In this document: positions 42,381-51,822 of the stretch, piece by piece
Position numbering within the stretch: position 1 is the stretch's first letter
How the letters are laid out: the number at the start of each line of letters is the position of its first letter
DNA from: an uncultured Acidobacteriota bacterium
Lineage (GTDB): Bacteria; Acidobacteriota; Blastocatellia; RBC074
Reading direction: 5' to 3'
Length of the DNA stretch: 64,000 bases
Assembly (NCBI GenBank): GCA_963796275.1
Contig: CAWCKY010000004.1
Coordinates: 512,001-576,000, forward strand
Notes under the pieces: model-generated
Database searches by the model: none
Told to the model about the DNA's origin: nothing
What the model saw: the letters and a program-made list of their open reading frames with translations, nothing else
Position numbers and translations under genes: made by a program

Positions 42381-43511
42381 ATGGAATTAGATGAACTGAT
42401 GAAGAAGCTGACAGCATTTGATCCAGCCGGTTTCCCAGTCATCAGCCTCTATCTGAACACGCAATCGGACGAACACGGCCGCGACCATTTCGACCGATTT
42501 GTGCGCAAGCAATGTGACGAGATCGCCAAGACCTTTCCGCAGCGCTCACCGGCGCGCGCGAGTTTCGATGGCGATGTGGAAAGAATCAAGTACTACCTGG
42601 AGAACGATCTCGAGCCATCGGCCAACGGTGCGGCGATCTTCGCATGTTCGGGCGCCGGATTTTTCGAAGCGGCCCAGCTCTATGCCCCTTTCGAGCGGCA
42701 CCGCATCTCAGTCGCGAACCATCCCGATCTCTATCCGCTGGCGCGCGTGCTCAACCAGTACGACCGCTACGTCGTCCTTTTGGCCGACACCAATTCCGCG
42801 CGACTTTTCGTCTTCGGTCTGGGCAAGCAGTTAGAAGAGAGACAGATATCAAACCAGAAGACCAATCGGTCGCAGGTTGGAGGATGGTCGCAGGCCCGCT
42901 TCCAGCGGCATACGGAGAACTATCACCTGCATCACGCCAAAGAGGTCATCGATGCGCTTGAGCGGATCGTGCGCGAAGAGCAGATCAACCACATCATCCT
43001 GTCGGGCGACGAGGTAATCATTCCGCTGCTGCGCGAAAAAATGCCGAAAGAACTGACTGATAAGGTCGTAGACGTGCTACGCATCAGCATCAAGGCGCCT
43101 CAGCACGAGGTGCTGCAGGCGACGCTCGAAACTATGCGCGAGCGACAGGGGCACGACGATGCCGAACGGGTGGAGCGGTTGCTCAACGAATACCGTGCCG
43201 GCGGCCTGGCAGTCGTGGGGGCAAGCGATACGCTGAAGGCATTGGAGATAGGCCAGGTGGATGAGTTGATAATCATAGCGGATCGTGGTGCGCTCGAAGT
43301 TCAAGGAGTGATTTCCGACGGATCGCTCATTGCGACAGCGTCCGATGGCAACAGCCCGGCAGCCAGCCCGCGCGCGGTCGCCATCGCCGACCGTATGGTA
43401 AATCTCGCACAGCAGACCGCGGCTCAGATCACTTTCATCAAAGATGTTTCCCTGCTCGCCGGCGTCGGCGGGGTCGGGGCTTTCCTGCGCTATAAGGTTA
43501 ATCAGACATAA
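42381..43511 (+). CDS. Bacterial archaeo-eukaryotic release factor 1-like protein (baeRF1)
   Basis: VISLYLN N-domain, GGWSQARFQR catalytic-loop region, eRF1-domain-3-like AVVG...TLKALEIGQVDEL and GGVGAFLRY. Confidence 0.82.
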   Translation: MELDELMKKLTAFDPAGFPVISLYLNTQSDEHGRDHFDRFVRKQCDEIAKTFPQRSPARASFDGDVERIKYYLENDLEPSANGAAIFACSGAGFFEAAQLYAPFERHRISVANHPDLYPLARVLNQYDRYVVLLADTNSARLFVFGLGKQLEERQISNQKTNRSQVGGWSQARFQRHTENYHLHHAKEVIDALERIVREEQINHIILSGDEVIIPLLREKMPKELTDKVVDVLRISIKAPQHEVLQATLETMRERQGHDDAERVERLLNEYRAGGLAVVGASDTLKALEIGQVDELIIIADRGALEVQGVISDGSLIATASDGNSPAASPRAVAIADRMVNLAQQTAAQITFIKDVSLLAGVGGVGAFLRYKVNQT

Positions 43512-43615
43512 TTGACAGGTTTTCAGGATTTCTCAGGTTTTCAGTGTCAGACCTTGATACGTACGATCCTGAAAAATCCTGTCAATCCTGTCTACTTTCC
43601 TTAGGAGGATTTGAT

Positions 43616-44185
43616 ATGCCGAAAGACCCGGTACGCAACGTTGACCGATATAAGATTCGAGGCGGACATTTGAACGAGTTCGATTACACACGCCAGCAGA
43701 CAGAGCTCGCGCGCGAACAGGACGACCAGCCGGAGCAGAGCGGCAAGATTCCGATCCCCTCGGAACAGACCAAAGCGGACCGCATCAGACAATTGCTGCA
43801 CAAATATGGCGAGTCGGTGCCCGGCGAGAAAAAGCAAGTAGAACAACCCAGAGAAGCACCACAGGCTGAACCAGCCACAAAGATGAAGCCGGTAGCGAAA
43901 GAGAAGGCAAGGGCGGCTCGCAAGACATCGGGGGAGGCAAAGAAACCGAAGGCCAAACCGGTTAAACAGGCAGCTGCAAAGGCGGCCAAAGCGTCAAAGA
44001 AACCGGCCGCAAAAGCGGTTAAGGCGACGAAGAGATCGACTGCCGAGGCGGCGAAGAAGCCAGCAGCCAAATCGGCAGCTCAGAAGTCCGCCGGTAAGAG
44101 TCCGGCGCGCGGTAAGGCGTCAAAGGCCTCCCGTGGCGCAAGTACGGTGAAGAGTGGAAGTAAAGGTAAGAAGGCTGCCCGTTAA
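43616..44185 (+). CDS. Protein with histone H1-like Lys/Ala-rich tail
   Basis: AGGAGG SD; tail KKPAAKAVKATK...KKPAAKSAAQK. Confidence 0.7.
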   Translation: MPKDPVRNVDRYKIRGGHLNEFDYTRQQTELAREQDDQPEQSGKIPIPSEQTKADRIRQLLHKYGESVPGEKKQVEQPREAPQAEPATKMKPVAKEKARAARKTSGEAKKPKAKPVKQAAAKAAKASKKPAAKAVKATKRSTAEAAKKPAAKSAAQKSAGKSPARGKASKASRGASTVKSGSKGKKAAR

Positions 44186-44470
44186 GTCTTCTTTACCTGA
44201 GGGGAAATGGCATTGAATTAATGGGAACATCCCGAACTTTTTTCAAAATGTAGCCAGTGGCTGGCCGCGCTGTGCCCGCGAGGAATATAAGAAGGTGAGG
44301 GATTGGCGCTGGTTGGGAGGCGTGGATTTCAACAGTTCAACCGTTTCAACCGCAACCGCCTGGCTAAAACCTCATCGTCGCCAAGCGACGAAAAGGCGCG
44401 CATTTCGTGCGGAAATTTTGGTAATGACAATGGTTGAACCGTTTCAACTACTTGTCATCAAACTTTTCAA

Positions 44471-44690
44471 CCTGGCGCCGGAGGTGCAGTGGATTGTAGC
44501 CGGTGGTGAAGCGAAGCGTGATCACCGGACCGCCCGTCTTTATAGCCTTCGCGCCCCGGAAGGGGCGCTGGATCAGGCACGATGAAGAGAAGCTTTCGCA
44601 CTACAGAACCATCCGGCACTCCTTCCGTGGGTGCGATATAAGGGTGCACAGCCACCGGTGATTCCGCTACGCTCCACCCACTGGTATCTA
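44471..44690. repeat. Degenerate nested palindromic MITE/REP-like element
   Basis: gtagccggtggtgaagcgaagcg...caccgg, cgccccggaaggggcg and ccggtg...cgctacgctccacc arms. Confidence 0.5.
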
Positions 44691-44857
44691 CATAAAATCG
44701 AGAATCTCGCAATACCCCCAAACGGCGGGAGGTTATACATAATGATAGACCTCCTCTTAGCCCGATTCATGTAAACCGGTCTGAGGAGATGCCTATCATA
44801 CTGTGCCGTCTCCTGCCATCGAGGGATTTTAGTTGCCCCCTTGCGTTCTTCTTCGCA

Positions 44858-45003
44858 TCGTAGACCAGGATGCGCAGCTTGCCGACAAGATCGTCGTCAT
44901 CGACGACCCGATGTCGAGCCTTGATGAACACCGCACTTTAACTACGGTGCAGGAGGTCCGGCGACTTGCAGAACGAGCCGGACAAGTCATCGTGTTTTCT
45001 AGC
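44858..45003 (+). pseudogene. Fragment of an ABC/SMC-type ATPase (Walker B region)
   Basis: IVVIDDPMSSLDEHR...QVIVFS; no Walker A or start recognisable. Confidence 0.6.
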
Positions 45004-45675
45004 CCACCTGCGGCACTGCGGAGTTACGCTGACCTGGAGCGCCCGACAGGTAAAGTAACTTGCGAGAAATGTCTGGCTGGCACAGAAGGGACTCTCTTGG
45101 GAACGGCAGCATCTGCCCATGGTCCTCACCGGAACGAAACATTATTTTCCTGGAATGATCCGACATCAAGCCGGTTCAAGTCGTCATGTAATACTACGCT
45201 CGTTTCAGGGGTTTCGCGTAGTTGCGGTGGTGAATAAGGTGCGCCTCTGTTGGAGCGCACTGCACTTTTAATTCGAGTAGTACTTAGCCAGTCTTTTGTT
45301 ATTCATTAAAAGAGCCCCTTCACATGGTTGGTAATATCCCCCTCAATATCTACAAAGGCCAGTCGTTTCAAGAGAATGATTTCCACCAGATATATTTTCG
45401 ATTGGTAGTTGACACTTTCTTAGGCATTAAACGGTAATATCGACGGTATTGGCAGTAATCGAACATATTCCGCTTACTCCTGTCAATCCGCGGCCATCAT
45501 ATATCTGGTATCTGGCGCAGTTTAGCTACAGGTATGAAATAAAATTTTCCCTTTTCTTAGTGATCGCAACTTGAAGCTAGCCCGATATGGCGCTAGGCTG
45601 CTGCCAGCGGCTCCCAGAAACGGCACTTTTAGCATTACCAATCTTTAAGCTTAAGCCTCGCCAAACGGAGATCAA

Positions 45676-46449
45676 ATGAGAGTTACTTTATATCAAAATG
45701 CAGCCATGTCAGTTCTCAGTCTATCAATGATTTCCAATGCTGCGCTTTATCAAACACAAAGCCTGAACATCAGCAGAATACCTGCTGGTGCCGATCGTGC
45801 AGCATGGGAACTCCTCAAGAGTACCACTGACACTAATTATTATTTAACAAACATCGAGGGATTCGAAGCGGAGGTGATTGTCAACGATAACGGCTTAATC
45901 GGAAGGGGTAAGCTTCACTATGACGTTTACGAAGGTGCTGACCTACAAATGAAAGGCCTGGACGAGAAAACAACCTGGCCGGCGGAAATGATCGTAAACA
46001 TCTTAGGCCATCTTCGGCGTCCTAAGTTTGAGGGAGCGGATGGTCGGTGGCCGATAACATTTGCTGAAGATGACCATTCCCCCCTTGGTCGTCAGGTCTT
46101 ACTCCATGACGGGCCGGTGAACTCGTCATACCGCATTCGGAACGGTCGAGTCACAGAAGTTAAACGCTCAACAGGTGAAGATTTCACGATCTCCATCATA
46201 ATTGAAGAAACACCAGCTGGGGAGGGGAAGTATCTCCCAAGGCACTTCACTGTAACTTATTTTGACTCTAAGTCACATCTCATCAGGAGCTCCCAAGCAT
46301 TCACTGACGAATACCGTCAAGTTGAAAACGTTTGGTTCCCATTCAAACGCCATATCTTATGGGCCGAAAACGGTGAGGTTATTTCAAGAAGTATAGAACT
46401 TAATAACCCCAAAATTCGATTCAGAAAATCTGATGAGAGAAAGACTTAG
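45676..46449 (+). CDS. DUF3386-like protein
   Basis: DDHSPLGRQV...SSYRIRNG..TEVKR...KYLP...DEYRQV..VWFP pattern, as recalled. Confidence 0.6.
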   Translation: MRVTLYQNAAMSVLSLSMISNAALYQTQSLNISRIPAGADRAAWELLKSTTDTNYYLTNIEGFEAEVIVNDNGLIGRGKLHYDVYEGADLQMKGLDEKTTWPAEMIVNILGHLRRPKFEGADGRWPITFAEDDHSPLGRQVLLHDGPVNSSYRIRNGRVTEVKRSTGEDFTISIIIEETPAGEGKYLPRHFTVTYFDSKSHLIRSSQAFTDEYRQVENVWFPFKRHILWAENGEVISRSIELNNPKIRFRKSDERKT

Positions 46450-46638
46450 ATCCGACAACAAGGTTATTAATTGGGATCAACTGCGTAGATTATGGTGATT
46501 TTGTTCGACATGTTATTGCAGTTTGGGCGATGCGAACCAAGCTCGCCAATATGCTCGCTCAGGATAGGTATTTTGCGGTTCAGTGAATAATGCAGTAGGA
46601 ATATTACAAATGCAGTAGGAATATTACAGAGGAACATA

Positions 46639-49600
46639 ATGATAACCAAGTGTATGCGAATATTTATTGCGACATTGGTAATCGCATCGATTGTTAGCAG
46701 TTCTCAAGCGCAGACGACGACCGGCACTTTTATAGGTTACGTGACCGACGCGTTCGGCCTGTCGCTGAGGGGCGTTGCGGTCACCGCGCTCAACGAAGCA
46801 ACGGGTTTGATGCGTACCGCCACGACCAACGGAAGCGGGGAATACGTGATTGCGCTGCTACCTGTGGGAAGATATACCTTGACATTCGATATCGGGGACT
46901 TCAGACCTCGCTCGATCAGAGGAGTGGTACTGACCCTAGATCAGAGAGCCAGGGTCAACGTAGTGATGGAGGTCGGCCAGATCAACGAAATTATCACGGT
47001 TGACGGCACCAACAGCTTACCGTTGGCGAGCACCGAAACGGCCGAAGCCGGCGAAGTGATCGAGAACAAGCGCATCGTCGGGCTGCCGCTCAACGGCCGC
47101 CTCTTCCTTCAATTGGCGCAACTGACGCCCGGCGTCACAACCAATCCGCGGGGGACGTTCGGCGAACAACTAGCTGGGATATTCGGTCCGCGCATCACTG
47201 TAATGGGTGCACGTGAAACCGACAATTATTTCACGCTGGACGGCGTCACCCTTACCGACCGCTTCTATAACACACTCTCCGCACCGTTGAGCGTGGATGC
47301 CATCCAGGAGTTTAAAGTCCAATCTAACCTCTACTCTTCCGAATCGGGTACGTTCGGCGGAGCGCAGATTAACATCGCCATCAAGAGCGGCACGAACGAC
47401 CTGCACGGGTCGCTCTATGAGTTTCTGCGCAACGATGATCTCGATGCGCGAAATTTTTTCGATCGCAACATCAAACCCGAGTTCCGGCAGAACCAGTTCG
47501 GCGGGACTGTCGGCGGTCCGGTGATCAGGAATAAAGTATTCTTCTTCGGCAACTACGAGGGACTGCGTCTGGCCAAGGCGTTGACCCGGACCTTCGCGGT
47601 GCCGACCGATGATTTGCGCCGCGGCCGGTTCACGAAGGCCATTACCGACCCGCAAACCGGTTTCTTCTTCGCCGACAACATCATCCCTGACGTGCGCATC
47701 TCCCCGGTTGCGAAGGCGCTGCTGCAGTTCGTCCCGCCGGCGAACCAGTCCGGCGATACCGACAACCTCGTCGACTCCCCACAAGAGATTAACGATAGCG
47801 ATCAGTTCACGATTAGAACTGACCTACGGTACGGCGAAAACGACACGGCTTTTGCGCGCTATACGTTCTATAACGTGAACGCCTATCAGCCCTACGGCTT
47901 CGTGCAATTCGCAACCAGCCCGGTCTCGCTGCCCGGCTTTGGCACCTTTCTGCAGCAACGTACGCAAAACGTGGCGATCAGCGAGACGCACATCTTCAAC
48001 CCCAGGCTCATTGGCGAATTCAAATTCGGCATCAACCGAACCGCCGGCGGGCAGTTTCAGGAGAACAGCGACGTAGATTTCGCCACGCAGTTCAACATCA
48101 CGGGCATCAGCCGCGATCCGTTAGACCGCGGCATCCCCCGCGTCATCGTCGCGCCGTTCAACTCGTTCGGCGACGTGACCACGCCGCTCTCGCGTCGCGA
48201 CAACGACTACCAACTCAATTACAACGTCTCCGCGTTCCTCGGCAAACACAACCTGACTTTCGGCGCCATATACAAACGAGTTCAATTCAACCCCGTTATC
48301 GCGTCCAGCAAACGCGGCCAGTTCACCTTCACCGGAAACTACACAGGCGATGCATTCGCCGACTTCCTGCTCGGATTGCCGTTCAACGCTCGCGGCGGCG
48401 CGGGCGATACGCAGGTTTACCTGCGTGGCAACGAATGGCACGCCTTCGTGCATGATGATTGGAATGTGTCGGAGCGGCTGACAGTCAATCTCGGGCTGCG
48501 TTATGAGTACGCGTCACCGCTCTCCGAGAAATACAACCGCTGGTCCACGCTCGACGTCAAAAACCGCCGCGTGATCGTCGCGAGCGAAAACGGCCTGACC
48601 TATCCGCAGTCTATGTGGATTCCCGGGATTGCGCAGCAACTGGCGCCGTTGCCGATCGTCACCTCCGAAGAGGCCGGGCTGGACCGGTCGCTGGTCAATA
48701 AGGATCTGAACAACATCGCGCCTCGGGTCGGCTTCGCGTTCGACTTGTTCGGTAACCACCGGACGGTCATGCGCGGCGGATATGGCATCTTCTTCAGTAG
48801 CGCCCCATACAATTCGTTCACGCTGCAGAGCCTGGCCGCACCATTCTTCAAAGGCGTCAACGCGACCAATTCGTTGACCACTCCCGCACCGATCAATACT
48901 ATCCTGAGCAACCCGCTGCTTGGTACCCCAGGCTGGGCTTCGTATGACATCAACTTCCGCACGCCGTACTACCAACAATATAACTTCGGCGTTCAGTGGG
49001 TGCTCAGGCGGGATATGCTAGTCGAGGCGCAGTACCTGGGATCGATAGGCACAAAGCTCCATACCAACATCTTCTACAACGTGCCCGATGCGTCGTCATA
49101 CCCCACACCTTCCCCCTCGGAGCGGGCGCCCTTTCCGAACCTGGGCAACAATTCATTGCAGGCATCGGCGGGCAAGTCAAACTTTAACGCGCTGGTGCTA
49201 CGCGCTGAGAAACGGCTCTCCTTTGGGTTAATGGTGATGGGCAGCTACACCTTCTCGAAGAGCATCGACAACGACTCATTGTCCATTCAGGGGGTGTCTA
49301 CGAACCTCGATCAGAGCAACATGAAGAACCTCGAATGCGGGCTCTCGACCTTCGATATTCGACACCGTCTGGTTGCCAGCTTCACCTACGACCTGCCGTT
49401 CAAGTCCAGGAACAAAGGGATCAACACTGTACTCGGCAATTGGCAGGCGGGCGGCATCATCACTCAGCAGTCGGGGCAACCGTTCACCGTCAACATCACC
49501 AGCGATCGCGCCAACAACGGCTTGCTCAATCAGCGCCCCAATCTGATAGGGGACCCGAACCTGCCCGACGACCAGCGCACGCCCGAACGATGGTTCAACA

Positions 49601-49902
49601 CCGCCGCCTTCGCCGTGCAACCGATCGGTACGCTTGGCACTGCGGGCCGCAACATCCTGGAAGGTCCGGGGACGAGCATCGTGGACTTCTCTTTGCTCAA
49701 GAACATTCCGATTCGCGATCGCCACAAGTTACAATTCCGGGCGGAGTTCTTCAATCTATTCAACCATGCGAACTTCGACTTTCCCGGACGATTCTGCGCA
49801 GGGACAGACGCAGGCGCCCCTTGCACCGCGCCCCAGTTCGGACGAATCGGCGCGGCGCGCGACCCGCGCATCCTGCAGTTCGCGTTGAAGTACTTGTACT
49901 AA
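46639..49902 (+). CDS. TonB-dependent receptor (Oar-like), paralog A
   Basis: Signal peptide, LPLNGRLFLQL, KSGTNDLHG, HDDW..GLRYEY, C-terminal RILQFALKYLY. Confidence 0.93.
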   Translation: MITKCMRIFIATLVIASIVSSSQAQTTTGTFIGYVTDAFGLSLRGVAVTALNEATGLMRTATTNGSGEYVIALLPVGRYTLTFDIGDFRPRSIRGVVLTLDQRARVNVVMEVGQINEIITVDGTNSLPLASTETAEAGEVIENKRIVGLPLNGRLFLQLAQLTPGVTTNPRGTFGEQLAGIFGPRITVMGARETDNYFTLDGVTLTDRFYNTLSAPLSVDAIQEFKVQSNLYSSESGTFGGAQINIAIKSGTNDLHGSLYEFLRNDDLDARNFFDRNIKPEFRQNQFGGTVGGPVIRNKVFFFGNYEGLRLAKALTRTFAVPTDDLRRGRFTKAITDPQTGFFFADNIIPDVRISPVAKALLQFVPPANQSGDTDNLVDSPQEINDSDQFTIRTDLRYGENDTAFARYTFYNVNAYQPYGFVQFATSPVSLPGFGTFLQQRTQNVAISETHIFNPRLIGEFKFGINRTAGGQFQENSDVDFATQFNITGISRDPLDRGIPRVIVAPFNSFGDVTTPLSRRDNDYQLNYNVSAFLGKHNLTFGAIYKRVQFNPVIASSKRGQFTFTGNYTGDAFADFLLGLPFNARGGAGDTQVYLRGNEWHAFVHDDWNVSERLTVNLGLRYEYASPLSEKYNRWSTLDVKNRRVIVASENGLTYPQSMWIPGIAQQLAPLPIVTSEEAGLDRSLVNKDLNNIAPRVGFAFDLFGNHRTVMRGGYGIFFSSAPYNSFTLQSLAAPFFKGVNATNSLTTPAPINTILSNPLLGTPGWASYDINFRTPYYQQYNFGVQWVLRRDMLVEAQYLGSIGTKLHTNIFYNVPDASSYPTPSPSERAPFPNLGNNSLQASAGKSNFNALVLRAEKRLSFGLMVMGSYTFSKSIDNDSLSIQGVSTNLDQSNMKNLECGLSTFDIRHRLVASFTYDLPFKSRNKGINTVLGNWQAGGIITQQSGQPFTVNITSDRANNGLLNQRPNLIGDPNLPDDQRTPERWFNTAAFAVQPIGTLGTAGRNILEGPGTSIVDFSLLKNIPIRDRHKLQFRAEFFNLFNHANFDFPGRFCAGTDAGAPCTAPQFGRIGAARDPRILQFALKYLY

Positions 49903-50006
49903 CAGCCTTAGACGAAGCCACACGGAGAGAAACGAAGGTTGGATGAATACTTCTTATCTATCCGTGTGGCTTCGTATAGGGATCAAAGATAGATACATAA
50001 CAATCG

Positions 50007-50906
50007 ATGATCAAAGCAGCTATCTCTTTCTTCCTTCTGTGTCTGAGCTACGTTGGCACCGGGTCGGCCGGGCCGGGTTCGCGTATGGGCAGTGAGGATG
50101 TCGACACTAACGGCAACGGGCGAGGTTTTGTCGGATTCATCAACCAACAGTATCTGCCTTGGAAAGAGTTTCGGGTGAAAGGAGTCGCCTCCGGACTCAA
50201 AGCCAAAACGCTCAGCCGCGATCCGAAGACCGGCGCAGTATCGCTGTTGCTTTCTTATCCGCCTGGTTGGCGAAGCAGGGCCGACAGCAACTATCACAAT
50301 GGCGATGAGGAGATATTCGTGTTGGAAGGTGACCTGACCATCGGCGAGCGTACATTGACCGACCGTTGCTACTCCTTTATTCCGGCTGGGAAGGCGCACG
50401 GCCCGATCAGCACCAGCAACGGTTGCCTGGCGCTGACCTTCTTTAGCCAGGAACCCGATGTGGTTGCGTCGACCGAATCAAGGCCCGACACGAAGATTAA
50501 CCGGACAGTCGAGTACAAAAACTATTTCGACGAGGCGTGGCAATTGGGCCTCACTCGCTCGCAATCGAAAACGCCGCCGCCGCTACTCATCAAATTGTTG
50601 CGGCAGGATGAGCAGACCGGCGCGCGGACGTGGATTGCGGGCGTGCTTGCAGACCAACCGAATTCCCTCTGGGAGAGACACCCTACATGGGAGGAAGGCT
50701 ACTTACTCGAAGGAGGATATCGCCTGGCCGAATGCCTCAATGCTAAGAGCAAATTGGGTGTATACACGCCAGGCAGTTACTTCTTCCGCCCGGCGGGCGT
50801 GGTACACGTGGGGCCGAATGCGGGCGCGAAAGGCTATGCGATCTGGTTATTCCGCACGCCCGCGAAGTTGGGTGTGGAATTTTTGGAGAAGGCGGGTTGT
50901 AGGTAA
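50007..50906 (+). CDS. Exported bicupin (DUF4437/ChrR-like), paralog A
   Basis: Signal peptide; YH...EEIFVLEG...AHGP and RH...EEGYLLEG...VHVGP cupin motifs. Confidence 0.75.
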   Translation: MIKAAISFFLLCLSYVGTGSAGPGSRMGSEDVDTNGNGRGFVGFINQQYLPWKEFRVKGVASGLKAKTLSRDPKTGAVSLLLSYPPGWRSRADSNYHNGDEEIFVLEGDLTIGERTLTDRCYSFIPAGKAHGPISTSNGCLALTFFSQEPDVVASTESRPDTKINRTVEYKNYFDEAWQLGLTRSQSKTPPPLLIKLLRQDEQTGARTWIAGVLADQPNSLWERHPTWEEGYLLEGGYRLAECLNAKSKLGVYTPGSYFFRPAGVVHVGPNAGAKGYAIWLFRTPAKLGVEFLEKAGCR

Positions 50907-50908
50907 AG

Positions 50909-51793
50909 ATGATGAAACCGAAAATTCTGCTTGCCATCATATCCATCGCCATAGCGGCGCTGTTTCAATCGGCCTGGACACAAAATGCGCCTGCTTCCTC
51001 TTCCCGAATGAGAGACCGCAACCAGTACGTTGGTTTCCTCAACGAGAGTGATCTGGTGTGGCGGCCGTTCGATGCCGAAGGAGTTCCACCGGGCGTCCAG
51101 GTCAAATTGCTAAGTCGCGACGCCAAATCGGGCGCGGCTTCGCTGCTCGCCCGTTTCCCCGCCGACTGGAGGAACGCGGCGGCTGGCTATCACGCCAGCG
51201 ACATGGAGATATTCGTGCTCAAAGGTGCGATCAAGATCGGCGATCGCCGCTTCACCGAACGCTGCTTCACATACGTCCCCGCTGGCGTTTCATACGGCCC
51301 GGTGACTGTCGATAAAGAGACGAGCGCGCTCTGGTTCTTCGACGGCGACCCTTCGTTTACGGCGTCGGCGACCTCGAGAGCTGGCGCGGCATTCAACCAA
51401 AGAGTCGAATTCAAGAGCTATTACCAGGAGCCGTGGGAAGCCGCGGTCGAGATCGGCTTCAGTAAACAGCCCGGCATTTTCATGAAGATTTTGAAACGGC
51501 TCCCGAATGACGGCCCGATGACCTGGATATCTGGAAGTTTCTCCGGTCGCCCGCCGCGCAAATACGAAGTCCATCCGAGCGCGGAAGAGGCATGGCTCTT
51601 GGAGGGCGAGTTCAATTTGGCTGAGTGCCTGCCCGAAGGCCTCAGGGTCTGGCATCTGACCAAAGGCAGTTATTTCTATCGTCCGCCCAACATTCGGCAC
51701 ATCGGCCCTCTTAGCGGCTCACGGTCTTATGCGATCTGGTTGTTCCGTACTCCATTGAAACTGGAGTCAGAGTATTCTGATGATTGCGAATAA
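50909..51793 (+). CDS. Exported bicupin (DUF4437/ChrR-like), paralog B
   Basis: Signal peptide; YH...MEIFVLKG and VH...EEAWLLEG...RHIGP; collinear with paralog A. Confidence 0.75.
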   Translation: MMKPKILLAIISIAIAALFQSAWTQNAPASSSRMRDRNQYVGFLNESDLVWRPFDAEGVPPGVQVKLLSRDAKSGAASLLARFPADWRNAAAGYHASDMEIFVLKGAIKIGDRRFTERCFTYVPAGVSYGPVTVDKETSALWFFDGDPSFTASATSRAGAAFNQRVEFKSYYQEPWEAAVEIGFSKQPGIFMKILKRLPNDGPMTWISGSFSGRPPRKYEVHPSAEEAWLLEGEFNLAECLPEGLRVWHLTKGSYFYRPPNIRHIGPLSGSRSYAIWLFRTPLKLESEYSDDCE

Positions 51794-51822
51794 TTTTATC
51801 CCCCACTATTCAGGAGACATTC

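Noticed and set aside
44833-45237. Intact defence-system ATPase
   Set aside because: Only about 45 codons around Walker B are recognisable; the rest of the ORF is unrelated
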